From NCBI GenBank assembly GCA_040285855.1, contig JAUFOQ010000013.1, positions 186,001 to 250,000 of the forward strand: 64,000 nucleotides of DNA, read 5' to 3'. The DNA comes from Eukaryota sp. GEM-RC1. Its lineage: Eukaryota. The position numbers and the translations under genes are program-made. The notes beneath the pieces were generated by a model. That model was not told the origin of the DNA, did not search any database, and was given only the letters and a program-made list of their open reading frames with translations. Positions 34,681-47,714 of this stretch are shown one piece after another (the stretch's first letter is position 1; the number at the start of each line of letters is the position of its first letter).

Positions 34681-36958
34681 ATATCCTGAATTAAAAGATT
34701 TGTAGCAAACAAACAAATTCAAAAATTATTGAAATTCTGAGTAGCGAAAATTCCTTCCTCCACTGAATAGAATTACAAAAACACACTGAAGCAAATATAC
34801 AACGTATAAAAAACACACGTTCAAATCAAAAACCAACAGAATAAAAGAAACCTCAACTCCTATAAAATTAACAGAAGAACACAGGTTGTGTTGAAATGAT
34901 TGTGAGTTTAAGTCATTCTGGAACAAATACACGGTAGACCTGGACCAAGAGCACAAGTATCTGATTGAAGAATATTTTCCTTTACCATGACATTCTTTAA
35001 CACTTCTAATGTTGAAGAACTTCTTACAATGGGTTTTCAAAACTGTTGCAATTGATTGAGAAGCTTAGAATATTGATGACGACAATTGTACATTGTAACT
35101 CTGTGTTCAGAATACACGCATAACTAAGCATATACAAAAGATTGATCACGTCAACAATTGACACGTGTCAAATTGGCACAGACAGAATGAGAGTAAAACC
35201 CGCCTAATTAAACTTGCTGTGGTATAACAGCTTGGTAAAAATAAAACTGAAATGATGCCAACACTGATTATAGTAACAATTAAATTGGTTTCCAAAATAG
35301 ACATAAAAGTTGAATCATTATGACTGTGAAACTTAGTCCAAATTTCCCTCAGATTGACCTTCATAAGTTCGTGATTCATTAAAAGTCTGGATCTAAGTTC
35401 AAAATGACTCAGATTAATCTAATGGTTAAGTTATATTCTTACAAATAGTTTTGATTGTGATTTGTAACTTAACTTAGAAGTGACACCGTCAGAACTGCAG
35501 ATGAAAGTGGTAGCAAGACGTGGAATTAAGAAGCACACTAGTTGAATTTCAAAATATTAAGAATTAGAAAGTTCAAATTGCAAATCTTAGTTAAATAGTT
35601 ATCGGAAAATGAGATCATACGAGTCCTGATTTTTGCACAGAAATAATCGATTTCTGGAATAATTATAGTGAGTAATGATTTTGAACAAATTGGTAAGATG
35701 ATAAACTAATGAGAATTTTTAAGATTCACCAATTTACAGTTTTAATAAAACCATTGATGTTGGACAAATTCAGTTATTGACTCGTCAAAAGGTGAAGGTT
35801 TACTTAAACCTTTTGGTTCACCAATCATTGAACGGCAGAAGCATATCTTTTAGTTAGTTGCTGATATTCAACTGGGCAATGAGAATAAGGATCAGTATGT
35901 GGACCAGGAATTTAACCACACTACAAGACAAACGAAACTCGTTGAAAGAGTTCAAAGAATTAGAGCGGGAAAGTTCTTAGAATAATCACAATCAGCAGCT
36001 GTGACGTGGTAATTAACTAGAAGGAAAGTGAACGGATTGAAGTGACCAGGAAGAAGAAGGTTTAGATAAAGACACTTCTATACGCGGTGTATTGTTGGAG
36101 CGAGTCTAAGATGGTGTTTGTTGTCAGAATTTTTTGGAAGGGGGGAGGAGAGAAGCTTTCTTCCCAAAGCAAAATCAAGATTGTCAATGATAGTGGTGCA
36201 AATATCAAGCAGAATGGAGGGGAGGTTCAGAAGGAAGAGAAAGATTAAATAGGGAGAAGATGGAGGTGTTCATTCCTTGTCAGAGTAGACGTAGTGACGA
36301 CAACGGCAGAGAGAGTATATCATTTAGAAGCGTTTACATCATCAAATCCACCTTTTGCATCGTGGCTTGGAGAAAGATATGATCGGAGGGAACTTTGATG
36401 TCCTGGGAATACGTGCGAAATGCTCCGACCAACTCACTCAGAGAAGAGTGTCATCTTAACTCCTCATGAAACTGGAAACGTCAAAGGAGACAATGCTTTT
36501 AACACGTTAATCACGGAGAATACACGGTACGTTATATGTAAGAGAAAGAGAAGAGGGCTAAATCAAGGGAACTGTGAGATGTTTGATGTTGAGAGAACAC
36601 GCGTGGTCATCAACACATTTTGCTTGAATACGACATTCTTGTTTTTGTTGTGTCCTAAGTAGAACTATACAGAGCGGTCAACAACAAGGTAATGTCCTTG
36701 TTATGGAGATAGGTCAAAATTTAAGGAGATTCTTGTGGACTTTGACAGACTCGTCCAGACTCTCCTAGTGACTCATCAATATGTTAACAAACAGATCGTC
36801 TTCTTGACTCATTCCTCAGGAAATCATTGACATATGCCAACCCCTTCTACAAGATGATTAAGCCATACTAAAACGCCGTGACTTCTAACTCTTTCTTTCT
36901 TCTTTTCGCAAAAGTCTGTGTTCTTCAATATGTGAAGTTGATCTACACTGGTTAGTAC
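34681..36958 (+). repeat. Repeat X copy 4 (beta with alpha-like patch)
   Basis: Matches copy 2 except ~35530-35920, which resembles the alpha subtype. Confidence 0.9.
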
Positions 36959-37041
36959 TAAAGATATTCTTTGTACTAGCAATTGTCTCAGAATTAGACA
37001 AGCGAACTTTGCCGTGCAGGATCTTGTCCAAGCTTCCCCTA

Positions 37042-37600
37042 ATGGCGATCTCTGCCCTCAACATTTCTTCCTAACAGATCGTTCTGGGAGAAAGGATTGG
37101 GGAAGGAGGTTTTGCTGTTGTATACGCTGCTATATGGTTCGATCTTCATATTGTCATCAATGTGATGTCTTTAACTAAGACAGCTCAAACTTCAACAAGA
37201 ACTGCATCTCCTGGTCAACCTCCACCATTTCTCTACACTTCGTGTTTTTGGATTCTTCTTCTTCGAAGAAACCGTTAGTATTGTAATGGAAAGAGCTTAT
37301 TCTTCCCTCCCCTCCACATCCTGTATCACGTCATCAACTCTGAGATAGGCCAAAGTATGATGCCCATTAGCAGTTTGATTCAGATACGAGCCCTTCATTA
37401 TAAAAAGACTCTGATTTTTTGGAGCAATAGTGAACATATCGATTTCCTAGAAATAAGCCATCACACTACATCTTGGGATCTGATGTTCTTTAAAGATATG
37501 TATGACACTCCGCAGAAATAGCTTTCATTTGGGTAATCTTTTTGAGGAATGTTAAATGGAACTTCATCGCGCACCGCTCAAGTTAACAATTGGTAAACCT
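37042..37600 (+). pseudogene. Protein kinase pseudogene, copy 2
   Basis: Duplicate of 18790-19350. Confidence 0.8.
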
Positions 37601-38989
37601 CTAACGTACAATAAGTGATTCTATGACGTTCTAGGTTTTGTAACCATATCGTTGTCATTTGAAACGTACACGAGTCCAGTTTTCCAACCCAACATTGATT
37701 ACCTTTTGGCTTATGCTTGTAGAGACTAATACATATGATTCTTTTTGGGTTCTAAAAGAATTTCAGAGTAATGCAACTGAGCATATGCACAATATTCATA
37801 GCTAAATGTCGAACATAAAATGCATGTTTGGCTTCATGATACACAATGAATATTGCTTCTAAAAGAACAATTACTTTATTCGAAAATAAGATATACATAT
37901 CAAAAGAAACACACTCTTTCAGCTGTTGAATAAACCACATTCAATTGGATGTATGTTTTTAGAAACAAAAATGGGACAGGACATGTGAAATAATTCTTCC
38001 ATTGTACACTACTCCCGGTCTTCAGCTGTTCCAGAACCGTGACCTTGTTCATCTTCTACTGCAAAACTGGATTATAACCAATAAAGACCATAGTTGCAAT
38101 GATCATCGTGTACAAGCATTTTACTCTACATAGTGCGCAACTGGAAATAGTGTGTACCAAAATGAGATCACTATATCCAGGGTAGACTGTACATTGACGA
38201 AAAATTTAATTTATCATTTCCCATACTTTTTATCAATAATTCCAGCATATTTGAGATGGAGTATTGATTATGGAAATGGAATTAATTTATATCAAATTGT
38301 ATCGTAGTAGTACAAGAGTAGATGTGGACCATTTGAACTCTTTTCAGTACTAGTTGTTTGTATTTCGTTAATTAATACCATAAAAAGTTATTAATTCTAT
38401 TTATATCAATTAACTGTTGTTTTAAATTAATTTGATATTTCAAATACAGACAGCTGTCTATAGTTACAATCGATTGGGCTGTTGAAATTACAGGCCCGTT
38501 TCTATTTTTTATCTGTCATATCTAGTTTAACATTACAACAAACCTGTTTCATCTGATCTTGGAGGGTACTTTTGCAAGAGGTCTCTACTTTTCACTCATA
38601 ATGCGTGCTTCTTGAGACGATATTGTTTTAGCTCGTTTTTGTCTAAATTGGATTTCGTTAAATGTTTGTTAGATGGATTAAGAAGTTTATATTCTTTTGT
38701 ATTGACATCGCAAGCTACGTCGGTTATGCCACATTCGAATATTTAGAAATATTCAAAAGTGAATTTCTTCTTTATAGTTTGGAATTCATGAATTTCTTGA
38801 AAAGAATCGAAAAGAACGATTTAATTGAGTCTCTTAAACCATTGTCACATTCACTTTTAAGCGAATTTTTCGCAATAATTTATGACTTCAAAGGTTTCAA
38901 CGCTGAACACAATCATTAGGAATTATTTCTCAAGGGGTCTAAAAATTCGAAACCAAACATTATTGTCCTTCTTCAATGTTTGTGTCTCT

Positions 38990-40767
38990 GGGAAGAGCAT
39001 CTTCCTGTCTCTCTTACATTAGACAGTGTGTATGACAATAAACATGATCTTCTATTGTCTATACATCATGAATCTCTCCAAACATAGCTGGAGGTAAAAA
39101 CTACTCACTCAGACACCACAAGGCTTTTGATTCGCTGTACAGTGGCAGTTTGCACGTTTTCTTTGAACAGTCATAAAAGACAAGACGATAATTGGTACAT
39201 TACTACACTAGTCGAACACTCTTGCTCTGCACTGCAGTCTTGCAAACATAAAAACGCTACAGCGACCTTTATTTCTTCCCATCCTTTCTTCATGGATATG
39301 TGCTCCCACAACAGAAATATAACAGCCAATGATATCGTAGCTGCTATGAAGACCTTATATGCTGTTGATACATCTACTGCTTGTGCGTATAGAGCACGTA
39401 ATCGACTTCTTGCCTCCACTTATGGCTCACCTGAAGATTCTTATATTGATCTTCCTGCTTATCTAGATGAACTAGAAGACAGAAATCCCGGATCTGAAAT
39501 CAATCTGGAAGATGATGATGGTGTTTTCCAACGTAGTTCTATTGAACTGAAGCCAAGATTTGAGGCCCTTCGACATTGCCGCAAAGTTATCTCAGTCGAT
39601 GGGACTCATCTTTTCTCAAAATACAGAGGAATTTTGCTAACTGCTACTACTCTAGATGCAGATGGCCATCTGTACCCTCTCTGTTATTCAGTTGTTTCTG
39701 TGGAGAATACTAGCAATTGGAAGTACTTTTTTACACATTTAAAAAAGTGTATGCAGTGTGTTGAAGTGCCACTCGATGAAGTTATATTCTTGTCAGACCG
39801 ACAAAAGGGGTTGTTGTCCAGCATCAGTGAGATATTTGGCAACAACCAACCACATGGATATTGTGTCCGCCATTTGGTGGCTAATTGTTTGAGAAATTTC
39901 AGAAAAAGAGGTCTTATGAAACTAATTTGGCAGGCTGCTGGAAGTACAACGGTAGAAGACTTCCTGATTGTAACGCAAAAAATCAGAATTCTTAGTCGTC
40001 AAGCTCACGACATGCTAATGGATATCAAGGAACACTGGACTTTGTGTCATTTTCCATGTTGTCGGTATGGTCATTTAACCTCTAATATTTCCGAGAGTTT
40101 CAACTCTGTAATACGTGAAACTGAAGGAGCTCCATTAATCCCTCTACTGGAATCTATTCGGGAAAAAATGAGAGATTGGCAAGAGAAATACGCAAAGGCG
40201 TCACGTCAAGTGAATCCACAATGGAGTTAGTTCCATCTGTTATGACCACACTGGAGGGAGAATTGGGAAAGCTCGGATGATGACAGCTCATAACAATGGA
40301 AGATTTATTAAAGTAACTGATGAAAGACAAAGAATCTATATTGTCGATTTGGATCAGCAACAATGTGACTGCGTAAGATGGCAAACAGAAGCCACTCCCT
40401 GTACTCATGTGTGTATGGCTTTAATGTCGGTTAACTCAAAGCCCTTGGAGAACGTGGATGAATGTTTTGCGAGGAAGACTCAGAGTAAGATTTATGAGAA
40501 TTGGGTAGTTCCTCCCTGAGATAGAAGTGTTTGGACAAGCTATGCTACTCCTTTAAGTCCTCCTGATGTAACACGTGGCGTCGGAGCACCAAAGAAGAAA
40601 CAGAACCGTAGTGTGTATGAGTTTTAGTTTATTATCTTAAATATGTCAGCAAAAGTCATAATAAAGAAGCTTAGAAGGAAGGTTTATTCTTCACTGGTAT
40701 ATTTGATATGGGTAAGGTAGTTTTGAAAAGAAAAATGTTGTCACTGGTATTTTTGTGAAAGGCCCTC
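38990..40767 (+). mobile_element. Mutator/MuDR transposon remnant, copy 2
   Basis: Duplicate of 20748-22525. Confidence 0.92.
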
Positions 40768-42291
40768 ATTGTTATAAAAGAGAAGGAGTAAAGTAGCACC
40801 CATCTGTAACAAATAACCCATAATTAAACACAAAAAAGAGCATAAATAAACAAACTCAAAAGTCACGACGATGTCATGACGTCGTTACCAAAACCCAAGT
40901 AGACGTGACATCAAGTCGCGTCACGTCATGAAAAAGTCATGACTCGTCGAGTCGTTTGCCAACTCTAATTCAAATGTTAATCTCAAATCACATATTTCAA
41001 ATTACTCTAAATGTAATAATTTCACATTAGCTGTTCTATTATTTCGTTTTTCAAATAATTATAAAATTTATTATGTTCTTCTTCCCCTCCTCCTCTTAGA
41101 TATAAGTAATTAAACATTTTATATTTTGTTTTCTTAAAGGGCTCGAGAAAGGCGCATTAAGCGCTTCATTAAAGGCATACGCTCAAGACGGGCGGCGTTT
41201 GTAAATCTCAAGAGATTGGAGAACGCCATGAGCGATTATATGAGTATTTAATTGTAGATTATTCTATAAATTATTACTTATTATAAATAAAACAAATTTT
41301 TTTTTTGATTTTTTATAAAATCTATAAGGTAAAAAAACTATTTTTTATGTATTTATATTTAAAATGTCTAATCAATTACATAAAGATGCTAATGAATATG
41401 TAATGAAATCAGATAAAGAATGAAAATTAAATGGAAAACGATAAAAAGGTGAAAAAAATGGTTAACTAGGTGAAAATTCTACCCTCAATAACTTAACATC
41501 TCGAAAACATACAACAGTTACTGTATCGATGTCTGATGAATCTTATGAGGTCCCTTAGCCTGACGAAGAAGATAAACAGACATTCCCAACTTTGGGGAGT
41601 GACACAGAAGATGTAATGAATATGCTGCACAACATGGTTTTTTTGTCACTTCAGCATACGCCCGTCGTCAAGGAGAATGAGGGACTGCTACAGCTAAGAA
41701 CTTAACCCATATTCCCGCTCCAATTAAGGACACCTCTTACTTGCTGATGCGTCGCTACTTATCTCCAGAACAGACCCTTGGACAATTATATATCAACAAG
41801 AAAATACTTACTACTTTTCGTAAACTCTCTGCAGAAAAGAACTTAGGCAAACTGCTCCTATTGACCTGAAGTCAAATTTCCAATGTAAAACGGAATTTTA
41901 ACCATCCTTGGATCTAAGAGTGCTGTTCACAATATAATCGAGAGGTGCAATAATGACATTTTGCCGAAGTACGATGACGAGAACAGTGTTACTGGTTTAT
42001 TGATTACAAAGAAAGAATCTATGAGTATGTTTACAACGCATCCAAGCATTGTTAGTGATGTGCAGAGTTTAAAAGCGAATGTTCATGTATAGGTTGGCAA
42101 ATAGTGTTCACTTTCACCTAGTTAGTTTTATTTTCACCTGATTAGCAAAATGAAATTTGGTCAATCATTTTTCACCTAGATAGAAAAATTTTTCACCTAT
42201 TTAACCCGTCCCAAATTAAATTTAAAGTTTTAACTTTAAACATAGTTATTTTTGATAGAAAAATGAATAGCTTTAAGAAATTGAATTTTTT

Positions 42292-43710
42292 ATAAATATA
42301 TAAATCTCTTCCTTGCTCTATGTCTGTGGGATTACGTTCAGATTGTAGAATTTGAAGAGCTGCGGGATTTGCTGGCCCACCGTCAAGTGATGCCCAATAC
42401 AGTTGACGAGCAAGTGTGTCAGCTGTTGGCTCAGCTACTATTCCCTCTAATTCTGGTTCAGTATTCTCCTTAATCATGTTGGAAACTTGTGTTGTAACAA
42501 AGTTCAAGATTGAAGATATGTACAGACCATCAGCAATTGAATCTTCTGTTGCAATACTTTCCAAATAAAAACTTCTACCATTGGAGGTGATGATTATGTT
42601 GTGAATAGCTTCCATCTTGGAAGAACAACCATCAACTGCTATCTCGACACCATATGTACGAATAAGTGGAATCAATACACTCTTGACAAGAACGTCAACA
42701 TTTGTTTTTAACTCTGGAATATTTTTGTCAACCAAGCTGGTACGAGTCGGTCCAATAAAATCTTTCTCAACCTGTCTAGAACGTTGATATTGAGCAAACT
42801 TTGTAAGTGCGTTTTTGTACGATGACTTCTCCACGGTCGAAAATGGAAGGCCGTTAGCTACAACAAAAGAGCAAGCTCACGGCAAATTTCATCTTCAATT
42901 GCTGTGGCAGAAAAGAACTGATTAGTTGCTTCAGTATCTTGGGTAACTTGAGCAGTGATAGCTTGAATTTCTGCGACTTTGATGGAGTTACTCTTTTGCG
43001 CTAGGATCTTTATCATTTCGATATTTAATTAGAGGGGCCAGCTCTTTTGTGTTTGTCCAACCACTGCAGTTGAGGAGGTATTTTTCAGGAAAGCGAGAAG
43101 TGTTTTCCTGAATAAAAGTGACGTTACACCCTTGGCACCATAAATCAGCCTTAGAGGTACCACTGGGATTTCGGAGAAAGCACATATCCCATCGTGGATT
43201 GGATCCCCTTTCTGTAACTTTTCTGTAAAAGCCAGAAGGTATAGAGTTGATTGGTGGTATAGATTGGTGAAGAGAAGTCATGAAGGAGGGTCTGGTTCAA
43301 ATTATATGTTGAACTTTTTATTGTTTCATTTGTTCATCATCTATTCTGGATTTGACTCTGTGAAATGCAATCAGTTCAAACAAACGATCTCCCAAAGCAA
43401 AAAAGTACGACTATCTCTATCTAATAGACTCATTTTACATCAAATCTGTGCTGAAAAGCACTTGGAATGTGTGTTTGAAAAATACACTGAAATACAGTTT
43501 GTATTTTAAAACTCACTTTGTGAAAAATACATAAAATACATAAAATACAGAAATACATAAAATACAGAAATCTGTATTTTACAAGTATGTTTGATACTGT
43601 GTTCGATTTTCTTCAGAAGATTTTCTCTTGGCATTAAGCCTTGAAAATGCCACTTTGTTTACAGCAATTTTACTGCAGAGTTCGCTTTGGCGGTTATAAG
43701 GTTGCACGTC
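42292..43710 (-). mobile_element. hAT transposon 5' half, copy 2
   Basis: Duplicate of 24050-25471. Confidence 0.8.
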
Positions 43711-43714
43711 CCTC

Positions 43715-45581
43715 TTTAGCCCTCTTCTCTTTCTCTTACATATAACGTACCGTGTATTCTCCGTGATTAACGTGTTAAAAGCATTGTCTCCTTTGACGTT
43801 TCCAGTTTCATGAGGAGTTAAGATGACACTCTTCTCTGAGTGAGTTGGTCGGAGCATTTCGCACGTATTCCCAGGACATCAAAGTGCCCTCCGATCATAT
43901 CTTTCTCCAAGCCACGATGCAAAAGGTGGATTCGATGATGTAGACGCTCTAAGTGATGTACTCTCTCTGCCGTTGTCGTCACTACATCTACTCTGACAAG
44001 GAAGGAACACCTCCAACTTCTTCCTGTTGAATCTTCATCTTCCTTCTGAATTTCCCCTCCATTCTGCTTGATATTTGCATCACTATCATTGACAATCTTG
44101 ATTTTGCTCTGGGAAGAAAGCTTCTCTCCTCCCCTTTCAAAAAATCCTGTCAACAAACACCATCTTAGACACGCTCCAACAATACACCGCGTATAGAAGT
44201 GTCTTTATCTAAACCTTCTTCTTCCTGGCCACTTCAATCCATCCACTTTCCTTCTAGTAAATTACCATGTCACATTTGCTGATTGTGATTATTCTAAGAA
44301 CTTTCCCAATCTAACTCTTTGAACCCTTTCAACGAATTTTGTTTGTCTTGTAGTGTGGTTAAATTCCTGGTCCACATACTGATCCTTATTCTCATTGCGC
44401 AGTTGAATATCAGCAACTAACTCAAAGATATGCTTCTGCCGTTCAATGATTGGTGAACCAAAAGGTTTAAGTAAACCTTCACCTTTTGACGAGTCAATAA
44501 CTGAATTTGTCCAATATCGATGGTTTTATTAAAACTGTAAATTGGTGAACTTTAAAAATTCTCATTAGTTTATCATCTTACCAATTTGTTCAAAATCATT
44601 ACTCACTATAATTATTTCAGAAATCGATTATTTCTGTGCAAAAATCAGGACTTGTATGATCTCATTTTCCGATAACTATTTAACTAAGATTTGCAATTTG
44701 AACTTTCTAATTCTTAATATTTTGAAATTCAACTAGTGTGCTTCTTAATTCCACGTCTTGCTACCAGTTTTATCTGCAGTTCTGACGGTGTTACTTATAA
44801 GTTAAGTTAGAAATCAGAACCAAAACTATTTGTAAGAATGTAACTTAACCATTAGATTAAGTTGAGTCATTTTGAACTTAGATCCAGACTTTTAATGAAT
44901 CACGAACTTATGAAGGTCAATCTGAGGGAAATTTGGACTAAGTTTCACAGTCATGATTCAACTTTTATGTCTATTTTGACACCAATTTAACTGTCACTAC
45001 AATCAATCTTGGCTTCAATTTCTTTGTGTTTGTATCAAGATATTTTACCACATGAAGTTTATTTAGTCGTGTTTTACTCTCGTTCTGTCTGTGCCAATTT
45101 GACACGTGTCAATTGTTGACGTGATCAATCTCTTGTAGATGCTCAATTATGCTTGTATTCTGAACACAGACTTACAATGCACAATTAGCACATCACTATT
45201 CTTTTCTTGTTAATTAATTGCAACAGTTTTGAAAACTCATATAAGGAGTTCTTCAACATTAGAAATGTTAAATGTAATGGCAAGGGAAAATATTCTTCAA
45301 TCAGGTACTTGTGCTTCTTGGTGAAGGGTACTGTGTAATTGTTCCAAAATGACTTAAAATTGCAATGCTTTTCAAAAACAGCATGGTTGTTTCTATTTTC
45401 ATTATTGTTGATGTTTTTTGCTATGTTAGTGTTGGATTTGAACGTGTGTTTTTTATGCGTTGTATATTTGATTCAGTGTGTTTTTGTAATTCTATTCAGT
45501 GGAGGAAGGAATTTTCGCTACTCAGAATTTCAATACTTCTTCAATTTGTTTGTTTGCTACAAACTTTTTAATTCAGGATAT
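43715..45581 (-). repeat. Repeat X copy 5 (same chimera as copy 3)
   Basis: Near-identical to 25476-27346. Confidence 0.9.
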
Positions 45582-46646
45582 TTTTGTACTATTTCTTCAT
45601 TCATCTTTTGCACATATAATTCACTACCCAAGAGCAAATTAAATCCCCAAAACTTGGATTATTGTCAAAATTGTTGCCGTAAAAAATAGGATCAGAATGG
45701 GTTGTTGCTAATGGATATTTTATTGGAAATGATTTCTTCCAATTGTAAGAAAGTATAGTAACGGAACCTTCTTTGTTTGTTTGAGGAGAGAACAGAAAAA
45801 TCTCAATGCACCAAACATCAACACTACATATTTGAGTATCACCTTTTTGCCGATGAATAAGATTGAGCGTTCGTACGTTGAATTGAAAATCTCTATTTTG
45901 CTTTATCAAAATCTAAACCATAATCGTTTAACATTGTTTATTTAAAAAAATCATTTTTTTACCTCATTGAAAATAAAAAAAACTTTTTTATATTTTTTCT
46001 TTTTTCCTTAAAATAGAATCCAATCGAAATCTTTCCCATTACTTTCAAGTCTGTTCAATCGGAACATTATAGTTCGATAATGTCTCTCTACGTCATAATT
46101 ATTAAAATTAGAATTAATTAATGTGTTTGCAAGCAAAAACATTGTTCTGCAATAAATAAATGAGACAAATAACGAAGTGACACAATAATTATCAGGATTG
46201 AATACACGCGTTTGATTGAGGAATGGTTGACAAAATGAATGACAAGTGTTGAACTCTCCGAATACATGAGTCATATAAGGAAATTCACTCAAAAACAAAT
46301 CAGAGATTTGTCTTAGGTCGTTGATTAACTTGGGCCTGTTCATTCTTCTTAAAAACTTAAAGAATTCTTCGACATAAAGACAGATCTTCAATTTGTATTG
46401 TTCTTCTATCTCTTTGTCTGATCTGTTTAATCCACAAACCAGGTCTTTGCAAAACGTTGCAAAGAAATTAGTCCATTTAACAAAATATCTAATGAATTCC
46501 AATTCTGAATCAACGAAGGAATAAGGTTCTGTTGATTTGTGTACACCCAATCCCTTGAAACCATTATATATTATAGTTGATTGAATCAGGAAAATGAATT
46601 AAGGTTAAAAAAATGTTTTCATATTCTGATTAGTTTATTCTTTATC

Positions 46647-47660
46647 ATGTCCGACTGTAACGCGCTTATTGCTAAATTGACAAAAGCCCTTCTTGACCCT
46701 GATGTTTCTGTCCCCCACAATGATACTGTAGAGACAACGCACGATGATCCCCCCTCAGCAAAGGTTTCTCCTCTGTCCGTTGCCGTTCATTCGGTAAATG
46801 GTATCATCTGTCCTCTCAAGGGCGGAGTAGAAACTGGACGGCATATCACCACAATTTTGAAGAATGGTGCCAGATTGCTCGGTGCTATAGATATCAAGGT
46901 GAAATATCGTCAAAATCGAGAAGTAGAGTGTGTACACCCTGATGGCGCCGGTATCTATACCGATGGTGCTTGGGCTTATATTGCTTCTACCAACGAGGTT
47001 GAGAGAGATTGTCGCTCCAATAAAACTCCGTTGCAGGTAGACGTTTCCGTCATTAACGGAATTGTTTGCCCGCATATCGACGGGGTAGCATTGGGACGGT
47101 TAGAATCGAATTTGTATGTTCACAATCGTACGGGCATTCTAAATGCTTCTTTGGATATACATAACGAGTTCGAACAAGACCCCTCCGCCCCTCCGATGTT
47201 CCCACACGTTGTGCCCATTTTAGATCCGGAAGGATATGAAAAAGCACTGAATGCGTATGGTGTTCCACCCCCGTCATCTCTTCTGGTGGTCGTGGTGGTC
47301 GTGGTAGTCGTGGTGGTCGTGGTCGTGGACGTGGCACTCGTGGTCGCGGACGCGGTTCTAACCGTGGCGGGCGTGGCTATAAATCACTTCCTTATGTCTT
47401 CGTCAACATACACTAAGACCATCACAATCGAAAGATTTTTTATCGGGAATTCTCTATGTATTAGAGAAATAACTGATGATATTTATCATCAAATGATTAA
47501 AACCACCATCACTTCTAGTGTTGGTGAAACTCTTTATTTTGTTGATGTAGTCAACAAAACTCAAATTCAACAGTGTCCCCAATCATTAGGAGTTTTTCAT
47601 GGTTTTCCAGAACCAAATGAAGAAGAACCAACGGATGAAGAAGAATCAATGAAAGAATAA
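46647..47660 (+). CDS. Third copy of the duplicated-domain/RGG orphan gene
   Basis: Near-identical to 33613-34626. Confidence 0.65.
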   Translation: MSDCNALIAKLTKALLDPDVSVPHNDTVETTHDDPPSAKVSPLSVAVHSVNGIICPLKGGVETGRHITTILKNGARLLGAIDIKVKYRQNREVECVHPDGAGIYTDGAWAYIASTNEVERDCRSNKTPLQVDVSVINGIVCPHIDGVALGRLESNLYVHNRTGILNASLDIHNEFEQDPSAPPMFPHVVPILDPEGYEKALNAYGVPPPSSLLVVVVVVVVVVVVVVDVALVVADAVLTVAGVAINHFLMSSSTYTKTITIERFFIGNSLCIREITDDIYHQMIKTTITSSVGETLYFVDVVNKTQIQQCPQSLGVFHGFPEPNEEEPTDEEESMKE

Positions 47661-47714
47661 ATTTTCTCTGAGGTTTGTTTAAAAATCTAATAGATTATAG
47701 TCCCTTTGAAAACC

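Larger units (their letters stand above)
25472..43710. repeat. Tandem segmental duplication, unit 2 (~18.2 kb, with extra segment 28335-33555)
   Basis: Same content as unit 1 plus 5.2 kb; begins at the junction GCACGTC|CCTCTTTAGCCCTC. Confidence 0.95.
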
